64,000 bases of DNA from Holophagaceae bacterium (lineage in GTDB: Bacteria; Acidobacteriota; Holophagae; Holophagales; Holophagaceae), in assembly GCA_025357545.1 (NCBI GenBank), contig JANXPB010000147.1, forward strand, positions 8,361 to 72,360, written 5' to 3'. The notes under the pieces are model-generated. The model was given only the letters and a program-made list of their open reading frames with translations. It was not told the origin of the DNA and did no database searches. The position numbers and the translations under genes are program-made. Each line of letters opens with the position of its first letter. The stretch's first letter is position 1. Positions 1 through 8,446 of the stretch are shown here, piece by piece.

Positions 1-2
1 AC

Positions 3-857
3 GACCCTACCCATCAGCGGGCGACCCGGGGGCTGGAACAGACCAAGGCCCTCCTGGCGGAGCAATCGCCGGAACCTGGCACCGACGCGCTATCCGAAGC
101 CCAGGAAGTCACGCCCCCCGCCTCGGTCACTGCGCCCGGGACCCCCGCCCGCAGCGGGCCCGCCATGCCCCGGTCCGTGACCGAGATGACCCGAGAGCAT
201 CCCTGGATGAAGTCTCCCGCAGTCTGGGGCGGAGTCCTGGCCGGCGTGGCCCTGCTGGCGGGCGGTGGTGTGTTTTTCCATCAGCATCAGTTGGATGCGA
301 AGCTCGCCTCGGAGCGGGCGGCCTTTTCGGCGGAGGCCCTTGCGAAAGTGTCCCGAGGCAATGAACCTCCGAACCTCGCCGAAACACCCGGCTCCATCCG
401 CTCTGAAGCAGAACAGGCCATTGGCGACGATCCGTTGCGCTCCTACCACCGGGCCAAAGAGCTCGTGCGCCTCAATCCGGGCGATGCCGCAGCAGCCCAG
501 TTGATGGACCGGGCTCGCGCCGCGCTCATGGAAGGGAGTCCCAAGCCCACCACCCTCGGGGACTACCAGAAGCATGTGCAGCAAGGGGACCTCGAATCCG
601 CCGAGCGGGACATCGACTTCCTGCTGCGGGCCGACCCCGACGACCGGGAACTGATTCAGCGAGCCTCCCGGCTCTACCTCCTGCTGGCCCAACTCCTGGC
701 TTCCAAAGAGCGCTGGGCCGAAGCCAAGGACGCGCTCCGCAAAGGCCGGGCCCTCAATCCCTCAGACCGGGCCTGGCAAGGCCGCCTCAAGCTGCTGGAC
801 AGAATTCCTGATCAGCCCAAGACCGATCGCGCTGGGTGGATAGCTTTCCTGGGATGA
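3..857 (+). CDS. Single-pass membrane protein with TPR-like helical C-terminal region (possibly 5'-partial)
   Basis: ORF track 165..857. The same frame stays open, with GC-rich third positions, back to the window edge (DPTHQRATRGLEQTKALLAEQ...). TM segment SPAVWGGVLAGVALLAGGGVFF, followed by helical repeat-like sequence (RWAEAKDALRKGRALNPSD). Confidence 0.5.
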   Translation, partial: DPTHQRATRGLEQTKALLAEQSPEPGTDALSEAQEVTPPASVTAPGTPARSGPAMPRSVTEMTREHPWMKSPAVWGGVLAGVALLAGGGVFFHQHQLDAKLASERAAFSAEALAKVSRGNEPPNLAETPGSIRSEAEQAIGDDPLRSYHRAKELVRLNPGDAAAAQLMDRARAALMEGSPKPTTLGDYQKHVQQGDLESAERDIDFLLRADPDDRELIQRASRLYLLLAQLLASKERWAEAKDALRKGRALNPSDRAWQGRLKLLDRIPDQPKTDRAGWIAFLG

Positions 858-1591
858 CGATGAGCTCCGGCCTGCCGCGCAAGACCTGCCCCAGTTGCGG
901 TCACCGACTCTCGCCTTTGGGTGTGGAATGTCCGGTGTGTGGCTTGAACCAGGGCAGTCGTCCCCTTCCGCGCCCCCTTTTGTTTCAAGCTTCGGCCTTC
1001 TCGCCGAAGGGCACGGCGGTTCCAGCCGCCGGCGCACCACCCATGCAGGGAATTATCTCCCCCGCCCTGGGACGCGTGTCCCCGGTGCCGCTGGAAGAGC
1101 CCCTGCCCTCTCCGGCGGCGCCTACCCATGCCCTTCGCCTACCCACATCAGAGACCCTGGACGGCGGCGCGGAGGTCACGGATTCCAGTTTCTGGTCCCT
1201 GGTGAAGTTGGAATTCTTGGAGGCCGGCACTTTTTTGCTGCTCAATGCCTTCCTTGCGAAGCTGGCCAGCTGGCAGGCTGGCGTGCCGATGGCCCGATGC
1301 TACGCCGAGCTTTGGCCCTATCTGCTGGGGATCCATCTCGCGCTTTCCTGGACGGTGGTATTTGTTCCCATGGTCCTCACCGGCCAATCCATCTTCATGG
1401 CTCCCATGGGCCTGGTGCTGGCCTCCGAGCAGCCCGAACGCCGGCTGGCTTTCTCGCTATTTCACCTGGCCTCGGTGCTGGTCTTTCCCCTCTCCTTCCT
1501 GTGCATGGTGCTGACGCCCAACCACCGCACCCTCGCGGAGCTGCTCACTGGACAGGAGATCTTGTTGAGGCCCGCGCCCCGGTACAACTAG
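836..1591 (+). CDS. Zinc-ribbon plus RDD-family-like membrane protein
   Basis: N-terminal CPSCGH..CPVCG zinc-ribbon, Pro-rich linker, three hydrophobic segments, and an end (NHRTLAELLTGQEIL) resembling the RDD-domain C-terminus. Overlaps the previous gene by ~20 nt. Confidence 0.5.
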   Translation: MDSFPGMTMSSGLPRKTCPSCGHRLSPLGVECPVCGLNQGSRPLPRPLLFQASAFSPKGTAVPAAGAPPMQGIISPALGRVSPVPLEEPLPSPAAPTHALRLPTSETLDGGAEVTDSSFWSLVKLEFLEAGTFLLLNAFLAKLASWQAGVPMARCYAELWPYLLGIHLALSWTVVFVPMVLTGQSIFMAPMGLVLASEQPERRLAFSLFHLASVLVFPLSFLCMVLTPNHRTLAELLTGQEILLRPAPRYN

Positions 1592-1698
1592 GTTCAAGGG
1601 CAATGCTATCGAACCGGGCGAAACGACCCTTCGCATCGGCCTACGGCCGACATAAGGGGCCGTAACGCCACCGCCAGCTTTCGCTGGCGCAACGGTCC

Positions 1699-3612
1699 CT
1701 AATCAAGCACAGGGTCCAGGTGGTAGGGGACCGAAATGACGATGACCTTGGGCTTGAGGAGCAGGGAACCTTTGATGCGCAGGGCGGTCTGGTTGTGGAG
1801 GAAGTTCTCCCACCAGTTGGAAGTGACATATTCAGGAATGATCACGGTGAGGATGTACTCGGGCTCGGCCCGGCGCATGCGATCGATCTCGTCCAGGATC
1901 GGCTCGACGATCTTCCGGTAGGGGCTGCGGATGGCCCGCAGTGGCACGCCCTCGCAGTAGTTGGGCCAGTCGGAGCGGAGCTTTTCCAAAGACTGGCTTT
2001 CGCGCCCGTGCTCATCGGGGAAATCCACCGTCACCGCTTCGATTTCTCCGTAATCCGCGATGGCGCGGGCGTAGGAAAGGGCATGTACGACCCCGTGGTG
2101 GATCCCGGAAACCAGCACCAGCACTCGGTTTTTATGCGGGTAGACGATATCGGTGCGACTGGCGGCCAGCTTGCTGCGCACCCGGATGTAGTGGCGGTGA
2201 ATGTTGAAGAACAAGAACACCAGGGAGGGCACCAGCAGCACGACCACCCAGACGCCGTGGGTGAATTTCGTGAAGATAATGATCATCATCACAGTGAAGG
2301 TAGTGATGGCGCCCAGGCCGTTGACACCCGCCTTCAGCTGCCAGTGCCGACCCTGCTCTTTCCACCAATGGAGGACCATTCCCGTCTGGCTAAGGGTGAA
2401 GCCGATGAAAACGCCCAAGGCGTAAAGGTCCAACAAGTGGCCTTCCCGCGCGTGAAAGAGGATCACCAGGGCAGCCGCCGCAACACTCAGGATGATGATG
2501 CCGTTGGAGAAGACGAGCCGGTCTCCCTGGCTGTTGAATTGGCGGGGCAGGAAGCCGTCCTTGGCATGCAGGGCGGCTAAGCGGGGGAAGTCCGCATAGG
2601 AGGTGTTGGCAGCCAGGGCCAAAATGGCCGTGGTGAAGAATTGGGTCACCAGGTAGGCCATCTTCCCCGCGCCGCCAAATCCGAAAACCTTGTGCCCCAG
2701 CATCGAGAGCAGGGTTTCTTCGGTGGTGAAGGAGTGGGAGAGGCCGAAGTGGTTCGATAGGTAGGTGATGCCCAGGAACATCGTCGCGAGCAGCGCCACC
2801 ATCCAACGCATGGTTTTGGCCGCATTGTGTGAGACCGGATCTTTGAACACTGGCACGCCGTTGGAGATCGCTTCGACTCCGGTCAAGGCGGTGCAGCCGG
2901 CCGCATAGGCCTTCGCGAACAGGACGATGGCCGCCCACTTGGTCATATCGCTGAGGTGGGGGACTTGGCGCTGCACCTGATCCAGCAGTTCCGCATCAGT
3001 GTGGGTTAGAGCCCGGTACATCCCCACCGCAAGGAGGGAGAGGATGCAGACCACGAAGCCGTAGGTGGGGATGGCGAAAATGACCCCGCTCTCCTTCACC
3101 CCGCGAAGATTCATCATGGCCACGAAGGCGATGATCAACAGCGCCAGGGCCACCCGGTGGGGATCCATCGCCGGAAAGGCCGACGTGATGGCACTCACGC
3201 CCGAGGATACGGACACCGCCACCGTCAGGATGTAGTCGATGAGGAGGGAAGCCCCGGCAGTCTGCGCGGCCACCTCGCCCAGATTGTCCTTGGCTACGAG
3301 GTAGGCCCCGCCGCCGTTGGGATAGGCATGGATGGTCTGGTTGTAGCTGACCATCAGGATCAGGAGCAACATGGTGATGCCAAGGGCGGCGGGCCAGGAC
3401 CAGCCGATGGCGCCGAGGGCCAAGGCGCCGGTCAATCCTGCGGCCGGGGCCGCCAAGGTGATGGTGTTCATGATCGATTCCGTGCCATAGGCCACGGAAG
3501 AGAGCGCATCGGAACTGAAGACAGCCAGGGCTACCGGGTTGCTGATCTTGGTGTGGTGGATCTCCTCGCTGGCCAAGCGCCGGCCCAGGAGGATGCGTCG
3601 AAAATTGAACAT
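1699..3612 (-). CDS. APC-superfamily permease with large cytoplasmic C-terminal domain
   Basis: 637 aa. N-terminus RRILLGRRLASEE...LAVFSSDALSSVAYGTE is typical of this APC permease subfamily. About 12 hydrophobic segments, then a ~200-aa soluble tail. Confidence 0.8.
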   Translation of the reverse strand: MFNFRRILLGRRLASEEIHHTKISNPVALAVFSSDALSSVAYGTESIMNTITLAAPAAGLTGALALGAIGWSWPAALGITMLLLILMVSYNQTIHAYPNGGGAYLVAKDNLGEVAAQTAGASLLIDYILTVAVSVSSGVSAITSAFPAMDPHRVALALLIIAFVAMMNLRGVKESGVIFAIPTYGFVVCILSLLAVGMYRALTHTDAELLDQVQRQVPHLSDMTKWAAIVLFAKAYAAGCTALTGVEAISNGVPVFKDPVSHNAAKTMRWMVALLATMFLGITYLSNHFGLSHSFTTEETLLSMLGHKVFGFGGAGKMAYLVTQFFTTAILALAANTSYADFPRLAALHAKDGFLPRQFNSQGDRLVFSNGIIILSVAAAALVILFHAREGHLLDLYALGVFIGFTLSQTGMVLHWWKEQGRHWQLKAGVNGLGAITTFTVMMIIIFTKFTHGVWVVVLLVPSLVFLFFNIHRHYIRVRSKLAASRTDIVYPHKNRVLVLVSGIHHGVVHALSYARAIADYGEIEAVTVDFPDEHGRESQSLEKLRSDWPNYCEGVPLRAIRSPYRKIVEPILDEIDRMRRAEPEYILTVIIPEYVTSNWWENFLHNQTALRIKGSLLLKPKVIVISVPYHLDPVLD

Positions 3613-4006
3613 ATAGAACCTGTCAGAGCGCGGGGCGAGCCCCCACGAAAACCATCAATTTGAATCGAGGGCTTTGACGATGGCGCCCGGATGTGGAGCC
3701 TGGAACCAGCCGCCCACACCACAAATGAACCGCCCCTCCTGGAAAACCCAATCCTGCCTCGTCCCCGACTTAGGGAATCCCGGATTATGAAGGCATCCTC
3801 ACCAGGAGTCACGCCCTCCCTTCAGCCCCGCAGAAGGGGATTTCACCCCAATCCGCTACTTGGCCCTTGAGTTTCTGGGTGATCTTCGTCACATTTAGGC
3901 GCGATCCAACACCCTAAGTCAGTCACCCACTCAGTTGCAGTGGCCCCCTTTCAACCTGGACCCCGCTACCGGGATGTCCCCGCGGCGTTGCCGCAAGGAG
4001 CAGAAC

Positions 4007-4378
4007 ATGAACCGAAAGCTCACCACCCTCGCCACCCTCTTCGCCGCTGGCGCCGTCGTGGCCACCTCCGCCGCGCCCCGTGCCACCGCCGCCTCCGCCA
4101 AGTCCAGCTCTGACAAGACCCTCCTGGAAGTTGGCTGTGGCGCCGACAAGAAGGATGGCAAGGATGCCAGCTGCAGCGCCGACAAGAAAAAAGACGGTAA
4201 GGATATGAAGGACCACAAGTGTGGCAAGGACATGAAGGACGGCAAGTGCGGCAAGGAGCACAAGTGCGGTAAGGATATGAAGGATGGCAAGTGCGGCAAG
4301 GACAAGAAGGGCGCCAAGGATTCCAAGGACAAGAAGGATGCTTCTTGCGGTAAGGGCTCCTGCGGTTCCAAGCACTGA
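4007..4378 (+). CDS. Secreted Cys-repeat peptide, putative RiPP precursor (MNIO substrate)
   Basis: ATG at 4007 preceded by AAGGAG (3995-4000). Sec-type signal MNRKLTTLATLFAAGAVVATSAAPRATA, then a K/D/G-rich core with 8 Cys: VGCG, ASCS, HKCGK x2, DGKCGK x2, ASCG, GSCG. Lies immediately upstream of DUF692 and DUF2063 genes. Confidence 0.75.
   Translation: MNRKLTTLATLFAAGAVVATSAAPRATAASAKSSSDKTLLEVGCGADKKDGKDASCSADKKKDGKDMKDHKCGKDMKDGKCGKEHKCGKDMKDGKCGKDKKGAKDSKDKKDASCGKGSCGSKH
4214..4300 (+). repeat. Tandem coding repeat inside the precursor (2 x 42 nt encoding HKCGKDMKDGKCGK, 3-nt spacer)
   Basis: 4214-4255 and 4259-4300 differ at 4 positions, all synonymous third-codon positions (tgt/tgc, ggc/ggt, gac/gat twice). 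Confidence 0.9.
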
Positions 4379-4398
4379 GTTCGGCAGCTTTTTAATCC

Positions 4399-4429
4399 AG
4401 AGGGGGGAGGCATCACGTCTCCCCCCTCT
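4399..4429 (+). terminator. GC-rich hairpin between precursor and MNIO genes (candidate attenuator or partial terminator)
   Basis: AGAGGGGGGAG (4399-4409), 9-nt loop, CTCCCCCCTCT (4419-4429): a perfect 11-bp stem starting 21 nt after the precursor stop. No long U-tract follows. Confidence 0.4.
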
Positions 4430-4446
4430 TCCATTCAAGGCGCCCC

Positions 4447-5346
4447 ATGACCCCCTCCGGGACCCCCTCCGGGACCCCCTTCAGCGGTGTTGGCGTCGGA
4501 CTGCGCCGCCCCCACCTGGCCCAGGTGGCGGCCCTGAAAGCGAGTCCGGTGCCCTTCTGGGAGATTGCGCCTGAGAACGTGGTGGGCCAGGGTGGCACCC
4601 GCCATCGCCAAGTCATGCAGATCCTGGAGCGGGATCCGGTCCTCACCCACGGGCTCTCCATGTCCATGGGGGGCTTCGACGCCTGGGAGCGGGACGTCCT
4701 CGACAACCTGCGCGGCTTCCTGAAGGCCACCCAGTCGCCTTGGCACTCCGAGCACCTGTGCTGGAGCAGCTTTGGCGGCGCCAACACCCATGAATTGCTG
4801 CCCATGCCCTTTACCCGGGAGGCCGTACAACACTCCATATTGCGGACCCGCCAGCTCCAGGCGGAACTGCCCGTGCCCTTCCTGTTCGAGAATGTCAGCT
4901 ACTACGCGGAGCTGGGCGCAGCAGAAATGTCCGAAAAACAGTTTCTCGCCGAGGTCCTCGAAGGCGCGGATTGCGGCTGGTTGCTGGACATCAACAACGT
5001 GTATGTGAACAGCCGCAATCACAGCTTCGATGCCAAGGAATGGCTGGAGGGGATGCCGCTCCACCGGGTGCAGCAACTTCACATCGCTGGGCATGCCTGG
5101 TTCGAGGAGGACCAGCTCGTCATCGATACCCACGGAGCCCCGGTCATCGACCCGGTCATCGAGCTGATGCAGTGGGTGTTGCCACGGATCGGCCGGGCCG
5201 TGCCGGTGCTGCTGGAAAGGGACAACGACATCCCCGCGCTGGAGGAGCTGCTGGCTGAACGTGCAGCGCTGCAAAAGGCCTATGACGTGGCCTTGGACCC
5301 ACTATCAGTATCTGGGCCGGGGTCTGGAGGCTCCTCCCGTGGTTGA
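4447..5346 (+). CDS. DUF692 / multinuclear non-heme iron oxidase (MbnB-, BufB-, HvfB-like)
   Basis: Family-typical motifs: GVGVGLRRPH, WHSEHLCW, FLFENVSYY, LLDINNVYVNS, HIAGH, LERD. Confidence 0.88.
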   Translation: MTPSGTPSGTPFSGVGVGLRRPHLAQVAALKASPVPFWEIAPENVVGQGGTRHRQVMQILERDPVLTHGLSMSMGGFDAWERDVLDNLRGFLKATQSPWHSEHLCWSSFGGANTHELLPMPFTREAVQHSILRTRQLQAELPVPFLFENVSYYAELGAAEMSEKQFLAEVLEGADCGWLLDINNVYVNSRNHSFDAKEWLEGMPLHRVQQLHIAGHAWFEEDQLVIDTHGAPVIDPVIELMQWVLPRIGRAVPVLLERDNDIPALEELLAERAALQKAYDVALDPLSVSGPGSGGSSRG

Positions 5347-6121
5347 ACCGGCTGAACGTACCTCGGCCCTGCAAGGCTGTCTGGCCGACCTTCTCCTGGA
5401 CCAGGACGGGCATTCCCTCTTTGGCGCAGATCCAGCTGCCTTTGGCGCGGCCCGGCAACTCCATATGGAGGACCAGGCGGCTCTGGCCCATTACAAATCC
5501 CGCCTCCTCACCTACCGCAGCTTGGTGCGCTCCGCCCTGGAAGACCCCCTGCCGGACTGCTTTCCCTTCACCCACGCCCTGTTGGAAAAGGCTGGGCAGT
5601 GGGCAGCTTGTGTGGATGCATTCCTGGGCAGCAGATCCATCCAGAGCAGCTATTACCGGGACGTGAACCCCGCCTTCGTAGCGTGGCTGGCTCAGAGCGG
5701 TTGGGGGCAGGACCGTTGGCCCTTTCTACTGCAGCTCGCCCACTACGAATATATTGAGGTTGAGATTCTCCGTTGGCCCGATGAGGCCCCTCAGGTGGAT
5801 CTAGGGGCGCTTCCCAAAGCGGACCTTTACGTGGTCTTCGACGGCACCGTGCGCAACCTCGCCTATGCCTATGCGGTGCAGGACGCCAGTGGCGGCAACC
5901 CGGAACCCGATGCCGGCGAGACGTACCTCCTGGCCTATCGGGATGGCGCGGGCGATTTCCAGGCCTCGACCTTGAGCCCCCATGCCTCGGCCTTCCTGGC
6001 CCGGTGCCTGGAAGGGGAAAGGGTTGGCGAAGCCGCCCGAGCCCTGGGCCTGCCCTTGGAGGATGGCTTGGAGTTGCTGTGGTCACTTCACGCGAAGGGC
6101 GCCGTCCTCGGCTTCCGATAG
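5339..6121 (+). CDS. DUF2063-type MNIO partner protein (MbnC-, BufC-, HvfC-like role)
   Basis: Frame of ORF 5261..6121. GTG at 5339 overlaps the MNIO stop (GTGGTTGA), giving ~260 aa typical of DUF2063. ATG at 5261 is an alternative start. Assignment rests on position directly after DUF692, size, and weak recall of family features. Confidence 0.6.
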   Translation: MVEPAERTSALQGCLADLLLDQDGHSLFGADPAAFGAARQLHMEDQAALAHYKSRLLTYRSLVRSALEDPLPDCFPFTHALLEKAGQWAACVDAFLGSRSIQSSYYRDVNPAFVAWLAQSGWGQDRWPFLLQLAHYEYIEVEILRWPDEAPQVDLGALPKADLYVVFDGTVRNLAYAYAVQDASGGNPEPDAGETYLLAYRDGAGDFQASTLSPHASAFLARCLEGERVGEAARALGLPLEDGLELLWSLHAKGAVLGFR

Positions 6122-6152
6122 TCCGATAGTCTGGAAGTCGGAGTGCCTGACC

Positions 6153-7079
6153 ATGCCCCGCTTCCCCAAACGCACCGGCCGCGAGGCTTTGACTGACCAT
6201 CCGCGCCTGCCGGACTGGATCACTCAAGAGCGAGTGAACCTGCGGGAGCTGCATGAAATGAAGGCCGCCCTGCGGGACAGCCACCTGCACACGGTCTGCG
6301 AAGAGGCCCGCTGCCCCAACCGCGCCCACTGCTTCAGCCACGGCACCGCCACCTTCCTGCTCATGGGCGACACCTGCACCCGGGCTTGCGGCTTTTGCGC
6401 CATCCAGAGCGGCAAGCCGAACCTGCTGGACCCGCTGGAACCCGAAGCGACCGCTTCCCAGGTGGAAGCCCTGGGCCTGCGCTACGCGGTGCTCACCAGC
6501 GTCAATCGCGATGACCTGCCCGATGGGGGCGCCGCCCATTTCGCCGCCACCATTTTAGCCATCCGTCGTCGCTGCCCCACCACCCAGGTGGAAGTCCTCA
6601 CGCCAGACTTCCTGGGAGACCTCTCGGCCGTGGCCCAGGTGGTGGCTGCGGGGCCCGCGGTCTTCAACCACAATACCGAAACTGTGCCCAGCCTCTACGC
6701 CGAGGTGCGCCCGGCTGGCCGTTTCGAACGCAGCCTTTCCGTACTCCGCGAAGCCAAAGGCCTGGGCTCAGCCCTTTTCGGCGAAGGCTTCCGCACCAAA
6801 AGCGGGCTCATGTTGGGCCTAGGGGAGACCGAAGCCGAGCTGTTGTATGTGTTCGCAGCCCTGGTGGAGGCTGGCGTGGACATCCTCACCTTGGGCCAAT
6901 ACCTGCGCCCCACCCGCTATCAGCTGCCCGTGAAGCGCTATGTCACCCCGGAGGAATTCACAAATTTTGGAGCCAAGGCCAAGGCACTCGGCTTCAAGAC
7001 CGTCTATGCGGGCCCTTTGGTGCGCAGCAGCTTCAACGCCTACGAGGTGAGCGAGATGGAAGGCATCGCCATCGCCTGA
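6153..7079 (+). CDS. lipA: Lipoyl synthase
   Basis: CEEARCPNRAHCF and radical-SAM CTRACGFCAI motifs. ATG at 6153 (MPRFPKRTG...). The ORF part upstream of 6153 overlaps the previous gene. Confidence 0.93.
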   Translation: MPRFPKRTGREALTDHPRLPDWITQERVNLRELHEMKAALRDSHLHTVCEEARCPNRAHCFSHGTATFLLMGDTCTRACGFCAIQSGKPNLLDPLEPEATASQVEALGLRYAVLTSVNRDDLPDGGAAHFAATILAIRRRCPTTQVEVLTPDFLGDLSAVAQVVAAGPAVFNHNTETVPSLYAEVRPAGRFERSLSVLREAKGLGSALFGEGFRTKSGLMLGLGETEAELLYVFAALVEAGVDILTLGQYLRPTRYQLPVKRYVTPEEFTNFGAKAKALGFKTVYAGPLVRSSFNAYEVSEMEGIAIA

Positions 7080-7087
7080 GGGCCGGC

Positions 7088-8446
7088 TCAACGCACCCAG
7101 CCACCGCCTTCCAGCACGGCAAGATTGCGCCTGGGCATTTCGTAGTCCGGTTTCAGACGGAGGGCTTCGCGATAGGACCGCATTGCCCCCTCATAGTTCC
7201 CAGCCGCGCCGTAGGCGGTGCCCAGATTGTTGAGGGCTCGGGGATTGTCGGGCTGGGCATGGAGGCTGCTCTCCCAGAGCGCGATCTCCGTGCGGTAGTC
7301 CTGGTTTCGCACCACCGTGAGCAGCCCCAGAAGCAGAATCAGGCCTCCGATGGCGGCCCGCCCGAGCCGTGAGGGCCCCATTCCAGACAACCCGATGGAG
7401 AGCACGAGGAGCGGCCCCACCGAAGCGAGGTAGAGCTGCCGCTCATTGACCAGGTCCAAACGGGGCACCACGGAATTGGTGGGAACCAGGTGCAGGAAGG
7501 CCCACAGGATCCCAAAGGCCAGCCAAGGACGGCGGCGCACGCTCCAGATCCCCAAGGCCAGAAAGCCCAGGAGCAGCGCCAGCTCCGCCGCAAGACCCCA
7601 GGTCCAACGATGAAACACGGGCAGCACTGGATCGATGTTGAGGGGGTGCGGCCAGGGCAACTTCACCAACAGCCAGGTGGCCCCATGGATCTGGCTACGC
7701 AGGTTGTCCAGCAGGCTCCGCTGCTGGAAGCCGAAACTCAGTAGGCGGCGGTAGTCCCCATGGAGGGCCAGGAGCAGCCCCACCCCCCCCAACGCTACCC
7801 AATGTACCGCGGGCCCGCGGAAGGGACGGGGCTTCGTGGCGCCCGTGAGTTCCCACAGCATCAAGGTCATCGGCAGGGTGACGGCGGTTTCCTTCGTCAG
7901 GAATGCCAGCAAAAAAAGGAGCGGGGAGACGCCCCATTGCAGCATCTTGTCTTGGGTTACCCGGCCCCGGATATAGGCCAACAAGCTGCCTAGGTAGAAG
8001 GTCGCCATGAGCGACAGCGATCGCCCCGAAATGTAGGTGACGGCTTCGGTCTGCACCGGATGAAGGGCCCAGAGCAGCGCAGCCAGGAAGGCCGCTTGAG
8101 CGTTCGGCTTGGACACCCCCTCGTTGGGTTGAGGCGCTGTCCAGCGACAGAGTACGTGGTAGAGCAATGCCGCATTGGCCGCATGCAGAACCACGTTCAG
8201 AAAATGGAAGCCGAGGGGGCCTTGATCCACAGCCCAGTTCAAGGCGTAGCTGGCCTTGAGGAGGGGCCGGATGCCTGCGGCGCCGGCCAGCCATGCGGAT
8301 CCCGAGCGGATGGCGGGGTTGTCCACGATCACTTTGAAATCATCGAACTGGAAGGCGCCTCGCAACGCATTTGCGTAGGCCAGCAGCACCGCGCAGATCA
8401 AGACACCGAGGTGCCGCGAGCGGGTGCCTTCCCCGCCGGGGGCCAT
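7088..8446 (-). CDS. Polytopic membrane protein with C-terminal TPR repeats (TMTC/PMT_2-like glycosyltransferase-type architecture)
   Basis: N-terminal FQFDDFKVIVDNP motif, ~10 hydrophobic segments, and C-terminal TPRs (ALNNLGTAYGAAGNYEGAMRSYREALRLKPDY). Confidence 0.65.
   Translation of the reverse strand: MAPGGEGTRSRHLGVLICAVLLAYANALRGAFQFDDFKVIVDNPAIRSGSAWLAGAAGIRPLLKASYALNWAVDQGPLGFHFLNVVLHAANAALLYHVLCRWTAPQPNEGVSKPNAQAAFLAALLWALHPVQTEAVTYISGRSLSLMATFYLGSLLAYIRGRVTQDKMLQWGVSPLLFLLAFLTKETAVTLPMTLMLWELTGATKPRPFRGPAVHWVALGGVGLLLALHGDYRRLLSFGFQQRSLLDNLRSQIHGATWLLVKLPWPHPLNIDPVLPVFHRWTWGLAAELALLLGFLALGIWSVRRRPWLAFGILWAFLHLVPTNSVVPRLDLVNERQLYLASVGPLLVLSIGLSGMGPSRLGRAAIGGLILLLGLLTVVRNQDYRTEIALWESSLHAQPDNPRALNNLGTAYGAAGNYEGAMRSYREALRLKPDYEMPRRNLAVLEGGGWVR

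Noticed and set aside
1592-1698. Short hairpins (TACGGCC...GGCCGTA; CCAGC-TTTC-GCTGG) between convergent genes as terminators
   Set aside because: Stems are only 5-7 bp without U-tracts. They are plausible but too weak to annotate.
4193-4300. Possible CRISPR-like or VNTR array
   Set aside because: The repeats are in-frame coding units of the precursor peptide with no unique spacers. No CRISPR array was seen anywhere in the window.
3923-4438. Two - strand ORFs (171 and 167 aa) with Leu/Ala-rich repeats opposite the precursor peptide
   Set aside because: They mirror the coding repeat of the + strand peptide (AAG/GAC-rich read backwards gives Leu/Val/Ser repeats). The + strand ORF has the RBS, a signal peptide and synonymous-only repeat divergence, so the antisense ORFs are artefacts.
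5568-6539. 323-aa - strand ORF spanning the DUF2063/lipA junction
   Set aside because: Antisense to two well-supported genes, with an Arg/Gly/Pro-rich composition.
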